Origin: Camelus ferus
Taxonomy: Eukaryota
Direction: 5' to 3'
Assembly (NCBI RefSeq): GCF_009834535.1
Contig: NC_045697.1
Location: 27,902,001 to 27,966,000, forward strand
Length of the DNA: 64,000 nt
Shown here: positions 12,037-26,869 of the stretch, in pieces
How the letters are laid out: every line of letters starts with the position of its first letter
Numbering within the stretch: position 1 is the first letter of the stretch
The notes under the pieces: model-generated
Database searches by the model: none
What the model saw: the letters and a program-made list of their open reading frames with translations, nothing else
Told to the model about the DNA's origin: nothing
Made by a program: the position numbers and the translations under genes

Positions 12037-15000
12037 CATAGAGTATTGACACATAACTTGGTAACTTTGCCAGAGTTCTCTCTTCTAGGAAGAAAAGCAG
12101 TAAGTGTCTTTCTTTGTCGCTGTAAGTTCTCTGGAAAGGCCTTGAGGAGCTCCACTTCTCCTTTCACATTATAGATTTACACACATGAGGGGGGAAACGA
12201 ATAAGGAAGAAGGTTAAAGTGACGCAGAATACAGATTCTTTGTTATTTCATACACTCGTGTGTGTGTCTGTGTGTGTGTGTCTGTATCTGTGTGTGGGTG
12301 ATTTGGACACGGAGGAGGTTGCCATAATAATGATAAGCAGTAACTGCCATTTATTGATCATTTACTTGTGTCAGGTACAGTCCTGGGTCATTTAAAGATA
12401 TTATCCCATTTAGTTCTAGGAATAAAGTGTAGTGTCTCTTGATGTGAGGTCAGTTCAGACCTGAGTTTGAATCCCAGTTCTGTTGCCTATTAGGTGTTAG
12501 GACTTGGTCATGTTCCTTAACCTCCGTGAGCGCTTTTTTCTCCATGAAATAATTTCTATTTTGTGGAATTTCTGTAAGATAAATGCAATAATATATAGAT
12601 ATATTGATTAGCCTATAGTAAGCCCACTAATAAGTGGTAAATATTACTATTCATTTCAGAATCACCCTATATGAGAGACATTTATAATTCCCATTTTATG
12701 GATAAAGAAACTAAGTCTCACACAGCTAATAAGTGACAAAAACTAAATTAGACCCAGATCTGTCTAGTGGCTTTCAAAGCCGACGTATTTGTACTATACC
12801 CTTGTTGAAAAGAGAACGACCCCCAAAGCAATCATTTGTCAGTAGCGCAGCTACATTTTATGTGAATTTGAGTTACATGTTTTTGAAATTGTGATACAAA
12901 ACATAAGGCCTCATTTTATGCTCAAAATGAGAATTCACACAAATCCCCCAAATTAAAAAAGAAATCAAGAATTGCTCAACTTCAAAGCTGTTCAAACAAG
13001 TGAATTGCAAACCATGCCAGTTTGGTTCTAAAACAGAAATCCTCTCTTCCTTTTGTCAGTATCTTGTGAACTATGCTGCTGGTCACATGGCTCAGAAGTT
13101 TATCAACTTATTTTGGTGACAATTGTGCAGTTATTATAATTTAAATACGTTTTTAATATTCTATGACCAAGTCATCAGAGCATTCATAATGTGGTGATGC
13201 AGAAAACACCAAAAGCAAGGCATTTATTCCAGACTTTAGATGTCATCAAAACAGGCCAATGGGTGTCAATTTTTATGCTCTGGGAACATATCCCTCCATA
13301 TCTTAAAGTTATTAACGTGGGAAATATTGCTTTGAATTACATGAGTTTCAAATAATGCAAAATCTTCAGGAATACACCCATTGCATAACATGAACCCACA
13401 CTAAAGATAGCATCATCTACTCCCAAGAACTCAATATCCCAATGTACTTGGTGGCTGTATCTCTCGTTATGATTTACAATTGAAAGTTGATTTATACATC
13501 AGTCTCTAATGAGTTTGATTATTATAAGTCACCTCTGGAAATACTGAGGAAAATCGGTCTCCTGGTTTGTAAGAGGAGGGCCTGCCATTCAACACAGCAA
13601 CCCAGTCCCTGGTAGGCAACAGCATCCAGCACATCCAGGTGGACCTCAGTCTCACTCTCCATTTCTACCACAACTTGGACAGAGAGGAGAGCCTCTGTGA
13701 GGCTAGTGGAAGCTGTACCGTGGCTGGCGCTATGAAGCCTGTAACAGCAGCTTCCACGTATTAATTGTCTCCATATGTCAGGCACGATCCTAAGTACTTT
13801 ACAGACGTTATCTCATTTTATTGACCCAACAATCCATGTGTACAGACAACGGAGAAAACTAACGCATAGAAATGTTGAATAATGTGTCCAGAGTATTAAT
13901 TAGGATGTGACAGAGATGATTGTTTCAATGTCTACACTTCAGTTTTAAATATTTCCATATATACATTGTACTGCTTTGGTTAAGCAGCGACTCAGGTGGC
14001 CTAGTCTAGTGACTAACGGACAGTCTGGGGGTGGGGGGTGGTCAGCACAATTCGCATCAGGAAGCCTGTGCTATGGGTTACTATACTGGCTTCAGCTATT
14101 TGTATCTTGATCAACATCTAATGTGTTGCAAGTGTCGCAAGTGTCAGAAATGGCTTTCATTTGTGATCATAGTGAACAAGCATTCACTAGCCTGATGGAT
14201 TTTAGAAATGGACTCTGATGGGAGTAATGGAAGGTATTTAAAGCATGTGGCTTGGCTAAAATATTTCAGAGATTATACCCTACAATTGCACAAATGAAAT
14301 AACCTAGACCCTTGACTCTTGTCACTTTCACCTTTAAGGATAAAGCTCTAGGCTAAACCCTTAACTGGTTCCATGCACAGCAGTGGATTCAGAGGATCCC
14401 GGCTCACTCTCCATCCAGTGCCAGCTCTAAAGGGAAGAGAACCCTGTGTCTGGGTGCTTGGTGAGTCTGCTTTGAATGACCTGGTCATGGAAGGTGGTGA
14501 AAAAAGCACCTAAAGGGACAGAAAGCTGGGGCTTCATTCAGGCTGAAGAACAGTTTACAGACACGGTTCTGGGCTTGTTTGTTAACAAATGTTTGCTTAA
14601 TAAATATTTACCTTTGTGGTGGAATTATAACCTGGTAGTGAGGTTGTGAGGAAGAGAGTCACTTATCCTCGCTTCAAACCTGCTGTGACTACAGAAGAAA
14701 CCCAGTGTTGTATCTGATCAAAGTGACTCAGGTTAGTTTCATCACTGGTTTGAACCCAGAACTGTCTGTGTCCAGGAGCAGTGCTCTTAACCACTGGGCT
14801 AGAATAAGACCATGATGGTTCAAAACCAAAACGAAAACAAAGCCCCCAAAACATCATGGCTATAATTTTTGGAACAATGAGTAGGTAAAACAGAAGATAA
14901 CCCGAGATTTTTAGAAATAACAACATAAAGTTAACTTCAAATAGGGCCATACCCAAATGTTGCTATCTCTCAGAAATGACTGGCGTGATTGAGGGGAGGA

Positions 15001-15544
15001 TTGAAGGTCACCTCTTGTACTTTGCTCCAAGCCCCTACTGCCTTCACCTCTTTGGGTCAGTGTGTCAGAGATGACCATCACCTTGAACTCTGGGGCAAAT
15101 GGAACTGGGCCAGCCCCAGCTCAGGTATCATTAAAAGGAAGTTGGATGAGGTGCTTGTTATTAAGCATTGGCTACTTCTTGGAAAGTACTGACATATTTT
15201 GAAAACCAGAACACACACTCTCTTCAGGAAGCCTTTGCATTTATTGGAAGGGAGGGGAATTTGTTCCCTATTGAGAGTCATTTCCCAGCTGCCATGGCCT
15301 CTATCCCTGCCCTTGGCTTCCTCATCGTCCAGGTCTGGGTCCAGTCTCAGAACTTTCCAGCTTCCCCAGTTCTCCCCAAGCCCAATGCACAGGGCCTTGA
15401 CTAGATTTTGGACAGAATCTCTTCACTTCTGGTTTGATCAGTATCTTACAGAGAAAACTACCAAGTTATTCAAAATTCTGCTTGACAGCAGAGACTCTAA
15501 AATCGTCATTTTGACCCAGCTGTTGCCTTTCTTCTGCTGAGGTG

Positions 15545-16325
15545 TTGAATTATTGATTTTTGAAAGAGAAATCAACCTTGAATTTCCAGAATACACCCTT
15601 TTAATAAATAAACTTAGTCACAATGTTTTTATATTTTTCATATCTACATACATGACTGGATTCAGCTTACTAATATTTTATTTTGGATATTTTCATCTAT
15701 GTGTGGGATTGGCCTATAATTTTCTTTACTTTTAACGTCCTTGTCAGATTTGGATACCAAGGATATGCTGGCCACTTGAAACAACTTGGGAATTGTTCCA
15801 TCTTTTTCTGTTCTCCAGAATAGTTGGTGTAAAATTGGTCTTATTTCTTACTCAAAGTCTTGGTTAGATTTTCTGGTGAAGCCATTTCAGTCTGAACTTT
15901 TCTTTGTGGGAAGACTTAAACTAAAGATTCAGTTTTAAAAAGTATTTATAGGACTATTCAGATTCCTCATGTTCCTTTGGGAAGGTTATTTTTCTAAGAA
16001 TTCACCCAATTCATCTATAATTTTTAATTGTATTGTTGTTTATAACATCATCTTGGATCTATTTAGTATCTAAGGAGGGGCCTCCGTTTTCATCTCTAAT
16101 ATTAGTCCTTCTCTATTTTGTTCATGGTTAGTCCTCACCAGAGTTTCACTCTGGACTTCGCTGAATTTCTCTTTTGTACATTGTTTTCTAGTTCATTTTG
16201 ATTTTATCTTTGCAATTTCCTTACCTATGTTTTCTTTGGGTATAATTTGCTGTTCTTTTCCTAATTCCTTGGGACTGTTTATAGATTTTTAGCTTTTCTT
16301 TTTTTCTAATATAAACATTTAATAG
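15545..16325 (-). mobile_element. Old L1 fragment (ORF2 region)
   Basis: T-rich antisense L1 text: 'gatatgctggccac...cttggggaattgttccatc...ctggtgaagccatt...ctattcagatt'. Confidence 0.65.
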
Positions 16326-16499
16326 AAATAAGACCTAAGGAGATATAAAAGTCCTACAATAACAACCAAATTTAGTACCCTAAGGAAAATATGAAACTCA
16401 AGACTGAGTCCAACAGGAGTTAATGCAGGTCAGATTATATTTTACTATTACCTTGTTTGAATTCTACCACTCAAACATCCTGTTAAGTACATCACTTAC

Positions 16500-18508
16500 A
16501 GTTTTACCCCTGCCTCCACCAGTCCCACCAAAATGGCAGTGAATGGGCTGAAAAAAAGCTATAAACTCACAAGGACCAAGGGAAAAGAAAGAAAAGAAAA
16601 GAAGTATTTTGGAAGCTGAAAGCATATGGACAAGTGATTATGGACATAGCTGATCAAAGGAAGCAGGAACCAGTGCTTACATCGGGACAGCCTGGAAGCA
16701 GGCTGATCTGAGTCACAGAACCTTGGAAAGAATTAGGAGTTTGTGGCTTTGGGGTTAACAGTGAGGCTGAGAGCAGAAGACTGGTTACCAGGCTATACAA
16801 GAAATAGAGACACCCTCCCACCTGTTCAAGATCTGTTGACCCTCTACCCCCAATCTCAGAAGTCCAGAGGCTGACTCTAAAGAATAGGACAGAGAGACTC
16901 TGACAGCAGGGCAGGGAACCATATGGAAAATTGGGGATCAAGTGGAGTTCTACTTCCTAAACTGTGGCCGCCATTGCCTTCCCTCCACTCCAGTCTCAGA
17001 ATGCTGGTAGTCAAATCAGTCTTCTCTAGACTAAGAGAATAGACCCAAGGAGACTAACAAATGGGAGTCTCCCAATGAAACAGCCCAGTAAGACCACCCT
17101 GCAGAAACTTCACCCATTGGCAAGCTCCCTGTAGCCCTCACTAGCACATGTGTGTGCACACACTCGCACGCATACACGTGTGCATGCACACACACACACA
17201 CACACAGCTTCCAAGCAGTTTTGTAGTGCATCACTCTTAAATAGAAGATGGGAACTAAGAATGACCAAACATCTGGGAAAACTTTTTAATAAGAAAACTG
17301 AGATTGGAAAAAATAGTTTTTCAAAGAGTTCAGTAGAAACAGAAATCATGCAAGGAGCAGAAGAAAACATTAAAAAGCTATAATGAATATCCTTAGAGGA
17401 AAAAAACAGAGGAAATTAGGAGGTTACCTAAATCCTCATTGAAAGACCAAAAATTGAGCTCTTGGAAATTAAAATTATGACAACAGATATGTAAAATACA
17501 ACAGAAAGTTTGGAAGATAAAGTTTGGAAAATATCTCAGAAAGCAGAAGAAATATCAAAAATGGAAAATAGAAGAGGAAAAAATATGAAAATTTGAAGAC
17601 TAGGCCAAAAATATAATATTCAAATAAAATAGGAGTTCCAGAAAGAGAGAACAGAGAAAATGGAGGGATTGAAATTATTCAGAAAATAATTCAAAAAACC
17701 TCCTCAAAGCTGAAGGACATGAGCTGTCATATCGAGAGGCCTCACTCAGTTCCCTGCATAAGGGTTTTTAAAATCCCACACCTGCACATATCATAAAAGG
17801 TTGAAATTCCAAGGAAAAAAAGGAGATTCTAAACACATTCAAAAGGTAGAATATCAGACTTCTCAACAGCTGCCCTAGATGCTAGAAGAGCAATGCCTTC
17901 AAATTACTAAGGGAAAAATGTTTTCAACTTAACATTCTATACCCAGCTCAACTATCAACCAGGTATAAAGGTGAAATAAGTTTTTAGACATTCATGATCT
18001 GGAAGCTCCTAGAGGAAGGGCTCACTCAAAATTAAAGTGTAAAGTAAAAAAAGAGGATTTTTGTAGAAAATTTTTTGAAGAAAAAAAGGGGGATCCAATA
18101 TAGAGGAGGGCTGAAAGGAATTTTGAGTTTATAGCAAAAGGAAGTCCCAGGTGACAGCTGTGCAGCAGACGCACAGACTGAGGCAGCAGGAGGTGGGAGA
18201 GGACTGAGAAGGACACCTCCCTCCCAAATGTTTATGTTGTTAGAACATATTCAGAGGAGGTTTCCATTCCTGATGGAGGCTTTGGGAATGATTTAGGTAG
18301 AAATACATAAAAAACTAAGCAAACAAACAAGAAAGAAAAACAAGATAATGATTAACTCCAGTAAAAACAAATAGCTGAACAAGAAAGAAACGATGATCAT
18401 AACATTCTATGTGGCTCAGCTATAGATAATTACAAAGTCATAATCATATAAACACTAAATATTGATCATAAACATTTATGATAGAAAAAATATTGGTCAG
18501 GAGGGGAA

Positions 18509-18543
<35 letters not shown>

Positions 18544-18945
18544 AAAGGGGATATTGTAACAGACTAAAACCTAATGTTTTTGTAGTAAGAGGACAATTAA
18601 ATAATAACTAAAACTGAAAAGTTAATATAACAACAACAGTGCCAGGCACTGCCAAAGTGTTTTCTATGAATTGATTCCCTTTAATGCTCACATCAACTTT
18701 ATGAGGTTTTAAAATTCATTTTACAGACAAAGATGTGAAAAACAGCAGTATAAGCATGTACTTTAGAAGTAAGGAGACAAACTCCAGAAGAAAAGGCTTC
18801 AAGAAAGAGAACTCATCACCTCTGTGGAGAGGAAATCAGGGATGGAAAAAGGCGTATTGAGTTTTCCATAGAAGCCTTATAAACCGTCTGACTTGTAAAC
18901 TTTGTGCACGTTGAACTTTGATAAGATTAAAAAAGTTAATAAATG
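16500..18945 (+). mobile_element. HAL1/L1ME-like element (degenerate ORF1, no ORF2)
   Basis: A-rich ORF1-like segment 17400-18000 ('ttggaagataaagt', 'ataggagttccagaaagagagaacagagaaaatggagg', 'aatatcagacttctcaacagc') followed by an L1ME-type 3' end near 18880-18945. Confidence 0.6.
18513..18541. repeat. (TG)n microsatellite
   Basis: Perfect TG run. Confidence 0.95.
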
Positions 18946-19934
18946 CATATTCATAATAAATTATTTTTAATTAAAAAAGCACCTAACTGTCGTAACCATC
19001 TCTCTGTGACTAACTCACAGAAAGTGGCTCTTAGACTTCGCTCCTGTCAGCCTAGATTCTGGCGATGTCTTTCCCTGTCCCACAGATCCCCGGCCCAAGG
19101 AAACTGCCATCAGCTGCCCCCCTTCATGGAAGCTGGGAAGTTCTGTGCCATAGATTGACAACCACTCTTCTCCCAAGATGTTTAGCAAACGTGTGCACAT
19201 ACCCACGTGCATATCAATCAGATTCAAGATAGCTTTAACCAAAACCAGCAATAATCATCATTACAGATGTTTTTTAAACTATGAAAGCCCCATGTAATCA
19301 CTTTCCACCTAAATCATCTCTCTGGGAACTACGTGGTCACCTGCTTATTTTCTGAGAAGAAATCTATTAAACAAATAGCCATAACAATGAAACCCAATTA
19401 TAACATCTAGTTTTAATTAAAACACAAAATTAAACATTACATTTATTTTGGTCAGTTTTAAGGATGATGATCCCACTGATTATTTTTATGGAAAACAGTT
19501 GCTAATTAATAAATGCCAGAGAGAGAGAGAGAGAGACTAAGAATAATGAATGCTGAATTCATTATTCAAACTGCCCCGGAGTCCTGGTTTTAATCTCATC
19601 CTAAGCCATTCATTTAGGGCTGTGCCTTTTAAGGCTGAAGTTTTTCACTGTCACTCAAGGCAGAAACAGACGCCTCTTTAAATTATGTTAGAAACAGATC
19701 AGCTTCCAGATAACTCACACTCCACCAAAGACAGAAAGGAAGGAAAGAATAAGTCGCGAGGTAAATTAACCCCTGATGTACGTGGTCAAATTTTATCCTC
19801 AAGCTCCAGTGCCCTGGCGCAAACCCTAAAAATTCCATCAATAATTGCACAGTTAATTTGTGAAGCGGTTGGGAAGGGGGAATCCCCAGGTTTTTTAAAA
19901 AATAGGATATTTAAAAGACCCCCCCCCTTTAAAA

Positions 19935-20445
19935 AAAAGTCTTTGTTTTTCAGAACAGGTTTAGGTTCATAGCAAAATTGAGTGGAAAGAAAAAAGAATT
20001 GAATGGAAAGTACAGAGATTTCCCATATCCCCCCACCCCCACACAAGCACAATTTCCCCCACCATCAGCACCAGAGTGGTACATTCGTTATAATTGATGA
20101 GCCAACTTTGACACGACATTACCTCCCAAAGCCTGTAATTTACATTAGTGTTTGCTCTTAGCGTTGTACATTCTGTGGGTTTGGACAAATGTATAATAAT
20201 ATGTATCCACAATTGGAGTATCATGTAGAATTGTCTCAGTGCCCTAAAAATCCCCTGTGCTCTGCCTGTTCATGCCCTCCTCCCTAACTCCTGGCATCAC
20301 TGATATTTTTTAATGTTTCCATAGTTTCACTTTTTTCAGAATGTCATATTAGTTGGAATCATATAATCTACAGACTTTTCAGATAGACTTCTTTGACTTT
20401 TTGATATGCTTTACATTCCTTCCATGTCTCTTCATGGCTTGATAG
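19935..20445 (-). mobile_element. L1MC-type 3' end fragment
   Basis: 'tttaggttcatagcaaaattgagtggaaag...tacagagatttcccatat...gagtggtacatt...ttggacaaatgtata'; same family as 40510-41180. Confidence 0.8.
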
Positions 20446-20625
20446 GACCCTGATTTTTGAAAGTATCTTTTCTACTATAGTGTAGTAGATATTTACAAAT
20501 ATTTATACCTTAAAACTAGATAAACACTATACACTTTCACCCATTTCCTGGAATAGTTCTTCTCTTTTCCACCTTCGAGGGAAGGTTCAGGGATCTGATA
20601 GAACCCATGGCCAGCCTTTACTAAT

Positions 20626-21170
20626 GTATTTAGTGTCTGTTATTGACCACTGTTTCAATGCTATGACTGTGTAACAAATATTCTCAATATTTAGTGGTGC
20701 ATTACAAACATTTATTATGCTACAGAATCCGTGGGTCAGGAGTTTGGATATGGCCCATCAGAGATACCTTGTCTCTGCCCTGCAGTGTCCGAGGCCTCAG
20801 CTGGAGGACTTGAAGGCTGGAGCGTGGAATCTTCTAAAGGCTCATATTTCCAACTGTCTGGCAGTTGAAGCTGGCTCCCTACATGGTTTAGTTTAGGCTT
20901 CCACACAAGCTGCTGCCTGGTTTCCAGGGTGAACATCCCAAGGGAGAGAACATCAGGCAGAAGCCTTATTCCTTTTTATAATCTGGCCTTGGAAGTCAAT
21001 CGTTCTGCAGACTCCTATTTATGGAGGCAGTCACAGGGTCCACCCTCCCCAACCCAAGTCTCAGGCGAGGGGAAACAGATGATGCCTGGTGGTGGGGAGT
21101 GGAAAGTTTGTGGAAGAACACATGAAACTGGAAATATCACGGTGGCTATTTTTGGAAAATACAGTCACCT
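20626..21170 (-). mobile_element. MaLR MLT1 (F/H-like) LTR
   Basis: 'tgtaacaaata...tttagtgg...acatttattat...gtgggtcaggagtttgg...ggcctcagctgga...ctggccttggaagtca'. Confidence 0.7.
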
Positions 21171-22929
21171 TTGTGTGGCAGGGGCTTTGCCAGGTCCTGG
21201 GAATTTGTAGTGAAAAAGCCATGGTTTCTGACCTCAAGACCAGAGAGTAGGTGAACAGGCAGTGCCACTATCATTTTAAGTTCTAGGGCAGTAAACAACC
21301 CAGCTACTTCAGAAAAACGTCACAACCCAACTTTGGAGCTCAGAAAAGGTTTCTCAGGAAAATTCTTGCAGAATCTTATGCAAAATCTCCCCTGCATTTG
21401 TGAAAATACATCTGCTAGATCCCACTCCAACCCAGGCCACAGGGCCACCTCCAGAAGCCACTAGCAGAGAAACCGTGGGTACACACCATCCACCTGAGCT
21501 GTCACCAGTCTTCCTCAGTCTCCCGGAGAAAGACACGATGCTGGCAGGAACCCGCCACACCTCCTTCAAGGTGGCAATTGGACCCAAGCAGCGCAGAGGC
21601 AGTGGCTCTGAACTCTGGGGTCACCTGGAATTGCTGACAGAGTCAGCATGTCATAGAAACAGGCATGTTAGAATGAACTGTTCAAGCAGGTTGTGTTGAA
21701 AATGGTCCGAGGTCAAAGATGGCAGAATCAGACGTGGGGTAATGTCTCAGTTAATGCTTCCATTTCCGTTCCTTCAACACATTCCAGGCTTCAGAGAGAC
21801 TCAGGAGAGCACTGTTTGGAAGAAACTAATCTAGTTTGCACCTTCATCTTACAGAGAGAAAACTGAGAGCCAGAGAGATTCAAGAGATCCCCAGAAGATG
21901 GCCCCAACCCCCAGGGTTGCTTTGGGGTTTTTTTTACACGATGCAAAGCACTAGAAAACATTGCTTTGAAATGTGAGAGCAAGTGTCCAATGAGCAGGGG
22001 TTTTGGGGGGCGGCTATCAGTCAGTCAGTTCCCCAATTCATGAATTAGCATTTGGGTGGGATGCCACAGATGGACACAGAGGTGGGTGTCCCCACTTCTC
22101 CTGAAGGGTCATCGCCCCACATGCTGAGGGGGCCACCCCCCCACCACCGCCCTGCCTGCCCTGCAGCAGACTCAGTTCCCTCAGGGCTGAGAGAGGCGGC
22201 CGAGGCTGAAAGAATGATGCAGCCTTTTAATTTGCTCTTAATTATCGTGGCCTGGTAACCCTTCCAAAGACCCTTCACGGAGAGTAGTTTCATTTTTCCA
22301 CTTATTAACCTCATTCACTAGACTGAAGAAAGAATTCCCATCCCTCAAAATCTCTCGCTTTCATTCTTCTAATTCCTTTTTTTTTTCCTCCATCACCAGA
22401 AAAGTAATGTGTGTAAAACCGGAGCCAAGAATATTGTGGTTTCAAACACAAGCCTGTTTGGAGCAGCAGCCCGTGGGATTGTTGCATTTCAGCCTCGGGA
22501 GCTGCCCCAGTGGCCTCGGTCTGTGAAAGGGAGGGGCCTGAATGGCCCTTTGATTCAGCCCAGATCTGGGGGCGGAGGGCGGGGGAGCAGGCCTGTCATT
22601 TGACACTCTCTGTTGGGCTTGGCCCTGGGCCTCTTTTCCTATTCAGGCCTCCCTGGAGCCTGCTGGCCTCTCTGAGGATGCCCTGACTTGGCTAGTTGCT
22701 GCGATGCCAGAAATTCCTCGCTGCTCCTCGGGAAGGATACCAGCCATCCCGGGGGCTCGGTGAATTCCGAGCTTTGAGAATGCTGCTCTTCTTAAAGAAA
22801 GTTCCTCCTGCTATTCTATACATACACACACACACACACACCCCACATACACACACCCGACACACACTCCACTCCCTGTCCTGCTTTAATAGGCCATTAA
22901 CTGTGTGTTCGTGAGTTGATTTTTAAAGT

Positions 22930-24410
22930 ATGTATTATTCTTGATATTTGCATGGAAAACCTAAGACAATAAACAGACAAATTATTAGAACTGATGGAAG
23001 GGCTTAAAGAGGTTCAAAGACAAATACAGTGTTGCGGTTATAGCTTTGGATATTGGATGAGTTTGAACCACTGCTCTATCACTTACGATCTTAAGACAAT
23101 TTACTTAAGCTCTCTGCATGTCTCTGGAGTTCGGTTCCCTCATCTATAAATAGTTGTAATAATAAAACCTCCTTCACAGAGTCATTGTGAGATTGAATGC
23201 ATTCCATACATATGAAATGCCTGGAACAGTGCCCGGTACAGAGTGCGGATTATATAAATGTTAGCTATTATGATAAATGTCATGGGCTTTGAGATCAATA
23301 CACAAAATTCGATTATGTCCAATACGTGGCAGCAAATCGTTAAATATTTTTTAAAGATTGTATTTATATTATTTAAGATAGCATAAAGTAAGATATCTAG
23401 GAATACATCTAACAAATGATGGCACACTTTAAGAAGAAAATTATAAACTTTTATTGAATGTAGTTAAAGACGAACCAAATAAGTGGAGAGATATTCCATG
23501 TTCACGGAGAGGAAGATTTATTATCTTGAGGACCTTTTTTCTCCCCACATTAATCTAATTCAAAGAAATTCCAAGCAAACACTGATGGGTACTTTTAGTG
23601 TGTGTATATGTGGAACTTGACAAGCTGATTCTAAATGAAGATTAAAGAGCAAATAATTGAGAGGTGGAGTATCAGCACAGAGGCTGACAAACAAAACAGT
23701 GAAACAGAATAGAGAGCCTGGAAAGACACCCCTGTATTTATGGAAACTTGATATATGGCAAAGATGGTTTTATAGATCAGTAGGAATAGGATAAGTTATT
23801 CCAAAAACAATGCTGGGAAACAGATCCAGACAAAGAAAACAAACTGTGGTTACCAGGTGGGGGAGGGGGGCGAGGGATAGATTAGGAGATTGGGATTAAT
23901 AGATACACATTACTATATATAAAATAGATAAGCAACAAGGACTTACTGTATACTGCAGGGAACTATATTCAGTTTCTTGTAATGAGCTGTAATGGAAAAG
24001 AATCTAAAATGTATACATATATGTATGCATATGTAAAAATGAATTGCTTTGCTGTGCACCTGAAATTAACACTGTAAATGGACTACACTTCAATACAAAA
24101 TAAAAATTTAAAAAAAAAAACAACGCTGGGGCAACTGGTCAGCCATTAGCAAAAGCTCAAAATTGGATCCCTGCCTTACCTATACTCTGGAATAAAGACT
24201 TAAATGTGAAAAACACAATAAAGAAGAATATCCCTATGACATTCCTGGGTCAAAGAAGAACTTTTTATTTGTTTTCTTTATCAATTTTATTGAGATATAA
24301 TTGACATATAGCAAAGAATTTCTTGAACAACAGTTGGAACACACAAACCATAAAGGAAAAGGTTGATACATTTGACTATGTTAAAATTAATTTTCTGCTT
24401 AACCAAGGTA
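22930..24410 (+). mobile_element. Old L1 ORF2 fragments interrupted by a MIR (~23030-23275) and a younger L1 3' end
   Basis: 'aaattattagaact', 'caatacacaaaattc', 'aataagtggagagatattccatgttcacgga', 'aacagaatagagagcc', 'aaattggatccctgcctt'. Confidence 0.7.
23818..24120 (+). mobile_element. 5'-truncated artiodactyl-type L1 with TSD
   Basis: L1 3' UTR plus poly(A), flanked by aaaaacaatgctggg (23803-23817) and aaaaacaacgctggg (24116-24130). Confidence 0.85.
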
Positions 24411-24418
24411 GGTTAATG

Positions 24419-24870
24419 GTTCCAGCTTTACACTCTCTCCAGGTAATGGAAGAATACAAACACATTGGTGCCCTTTCCGTGGTGACTTAGCAGTGCCCGC
24501 TTATAGAGCAGGCAGAATAGGCATGTCTGTACAACCAAGTGAAGCTTGACCATGGGACTTGCTTTGGCCAACAGGATGCAGAGTAACATACTTGATACAT
24601 AACAGGGTAACATACCAGAGATACTAAGTGTGCTGGTGTGGTTTACCTTGTAAGTTACCACCTATCATGAGAAGAGCATTCCCTCAGCAGTGGCTGCTGT
24701 CCTCAAATGAGAGCCATGCAGAACAGCCCCAATCAGACCTGAGTCTGAAAACAGAACCAGCCTAGGCGACCAACAGACTGTCAGTTAGGAACATAAAATT
24801 CTGTCACCACAAACCACTCAGATTTTGAGGGTGGTTTTTTATAATTATTCTAGAAATAGCTGAGTAGCAC
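24419..24870 (+). mobile_element. Old MaLR (MLT1-like) LTR
   Basis: 'ccatgggacttgctttggccaacaggatg...catgagaagagcattccc...aaccactcagattttgaggg...aatagctga'. Confidence 0.6.
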
Positions 24871-26869
24871 ATTAACTTAATTAAAAGAAAAAAATGGGTG
24901 AAGGGGAAGATGCCGGGGGCTCACAGATTCAAGGACAGGGTGGAAGCGTGGAACCAGGAAGGAGCTAGGCTATTTCTGGAGGTGAGGATTCCAAAACCAG
25001 TAAGCTGTCTAAAAGCAGGTTCTGGAGGCTGGGACGAAATAGAATTCTTCTCTATTTCTTTGATCCTCTGGTCAAGATTCAAATACCAGGAAGAGAACAT
25101 GTAAATGTCCTAGCCTGGGCTGCCCAGTCACTAGCAGTGCCAGAGTCTTGGTCACTGTCTCCCAGACCGTGGGAAAAAAGAATGCCTGAAAGGAAATGAT
25201 GTTCTTTTAAATAGACGGGCTTGAAACTGGGCAGCCAGAAATAAGAAATGGCCAAGACTCATACTAACCAAGCAACCTTCTGCTTATGCTATTTCTTCCT
25301 GAGGGCCTGCAGAAGAGAATGACCACCAGCATGTGCACTTACCTGGTCAACTCAGCAATGATATTTTTCACAGAAAACTGGTGTTTGGTCTTGAGAGGCT
25401 GTCTAACTGTTACCTGCCAGAACTGTTACCTTGTGTCTGTGTAGGACCTAACTCTGCATTCCACGTGACAGCACTTCCTGGGGAGGGCCACCTTTGCCGC
25501 TAGCTGGTCTCCTAGAGGTTTCCTCTGAGGCCACCATTTTCCACTGGCAACACGGAGACCAGAGGAAGAGTCTAGACAGAGCAGAGAGTAGCAACAAGCA
25601 GGTTGGTGGGTATTAGATTTTCACTTTGAAAACCTAGGTAATCAGAAAAGTCTTTCTCTCACATAACCAGCTGGGCACAGTTGGAGGTAATTTTGCGATG
25701 GGGAATAACTCAAACAGAACTTTGTTTTAAGAAAATTATTCTTTCTAGGGGGTATAGGTTGGAGAACAGAAGGGAGGGGTTGGCCATGGAATCTGTTTGT
25801 CTCCATAGTTGTAGTTTTTCAATCTAGAAGTGTAACCATGGGGAACCTTTTTGAAATCAGTTTCCTACTCCCCAGAAGTCTCCCATCCAAGGCCAAGGCA
25901 AGCCTGAGCCTGCTGATCACCAGACACTAAAAGAAATCAGCTGTGTTCAGGATTACACAGTACGGCGTCAATAAAGTACACAGGGTGTGCTTCTACATCA
26001 GGGCTCCCAGACTGCGAGCTATGAATCCTCTGAGAGCCTTGGAGCTGTTCCAAGAGGCCCCAAGTCTAAATACACCCCCACCGCAGTCTGAGGCCGGGTA
26101 GATAACATATCTTATGTGTCTGCACTACTCTTCCCAAAATATATGCAGAAGTGATTGGGTTTAATTCAATGCAAATTCATTTCCAAGAGTTACTAGGGTC
26201 ATAATAACCGTTTCTTGTCAGTGTAGATTTTTCTCAACCAATAAATATTACAAACAAAATTACTGTTAGGGCTCTACAAACTAGAGATAATATAGCACCT
26301 GTTTCACTGAACTGATGTGAGGTTTAGTTGACTAAATGCATGCAGGTGCTCAGAACAGTATTATGTTCAGTAAATTCTAACCGTTATTATAAAGCCAGCC
26401 TCATGTTTGAAAGGTGGGGACCACTCATCTAGATGATCTTTAGAACCATCCTTGTGACACTGAGTTTTACCGTCTTTATGAATTTTATGATAAATCTTGT
26501 GAAGGGGAAAGAAATATTTTGAGATCTGTTGATCCTGCAGTTTCTGACGCAGAAAATAGTTATGGCTATTCTTCTACTCGGGTAGAAGTCATCCTTGGAA
26601 GAGGGCCCATATCTCTTTGATTGACAGCGTGGTGGAGAGAGGCCGAACTTGGAGACCTCCAGGCACTAGTACAACCTTCATCTGTTTCCTCCAGCGATGA
26701 ATAATTATAACTGCTGTCCTGTCAACAGCAGCTTGCCCACTGGAAAGCTCAACTGCAACTACTAAAGTAACCACAAGGTGTCGCTGTGACCCAAAAATTT
26801 CACGCCAGGGCCAGTACCCGGGGGCAAGACCTCGGATCATTTTCAAAGCTTTCTTTCCCAGCGCTTCTG

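Noticed and set aside
12850..13400. Possible Tigger-like DNA transposon remnant
   Set aside because: Only the distal end looks Tigger-like; boundaries and family cannot be supported by eye
19878..19887. NF-kB-like GGGAATCCCC
   Set aside because: Isolated 10-mer far from promoters, with no supporting context
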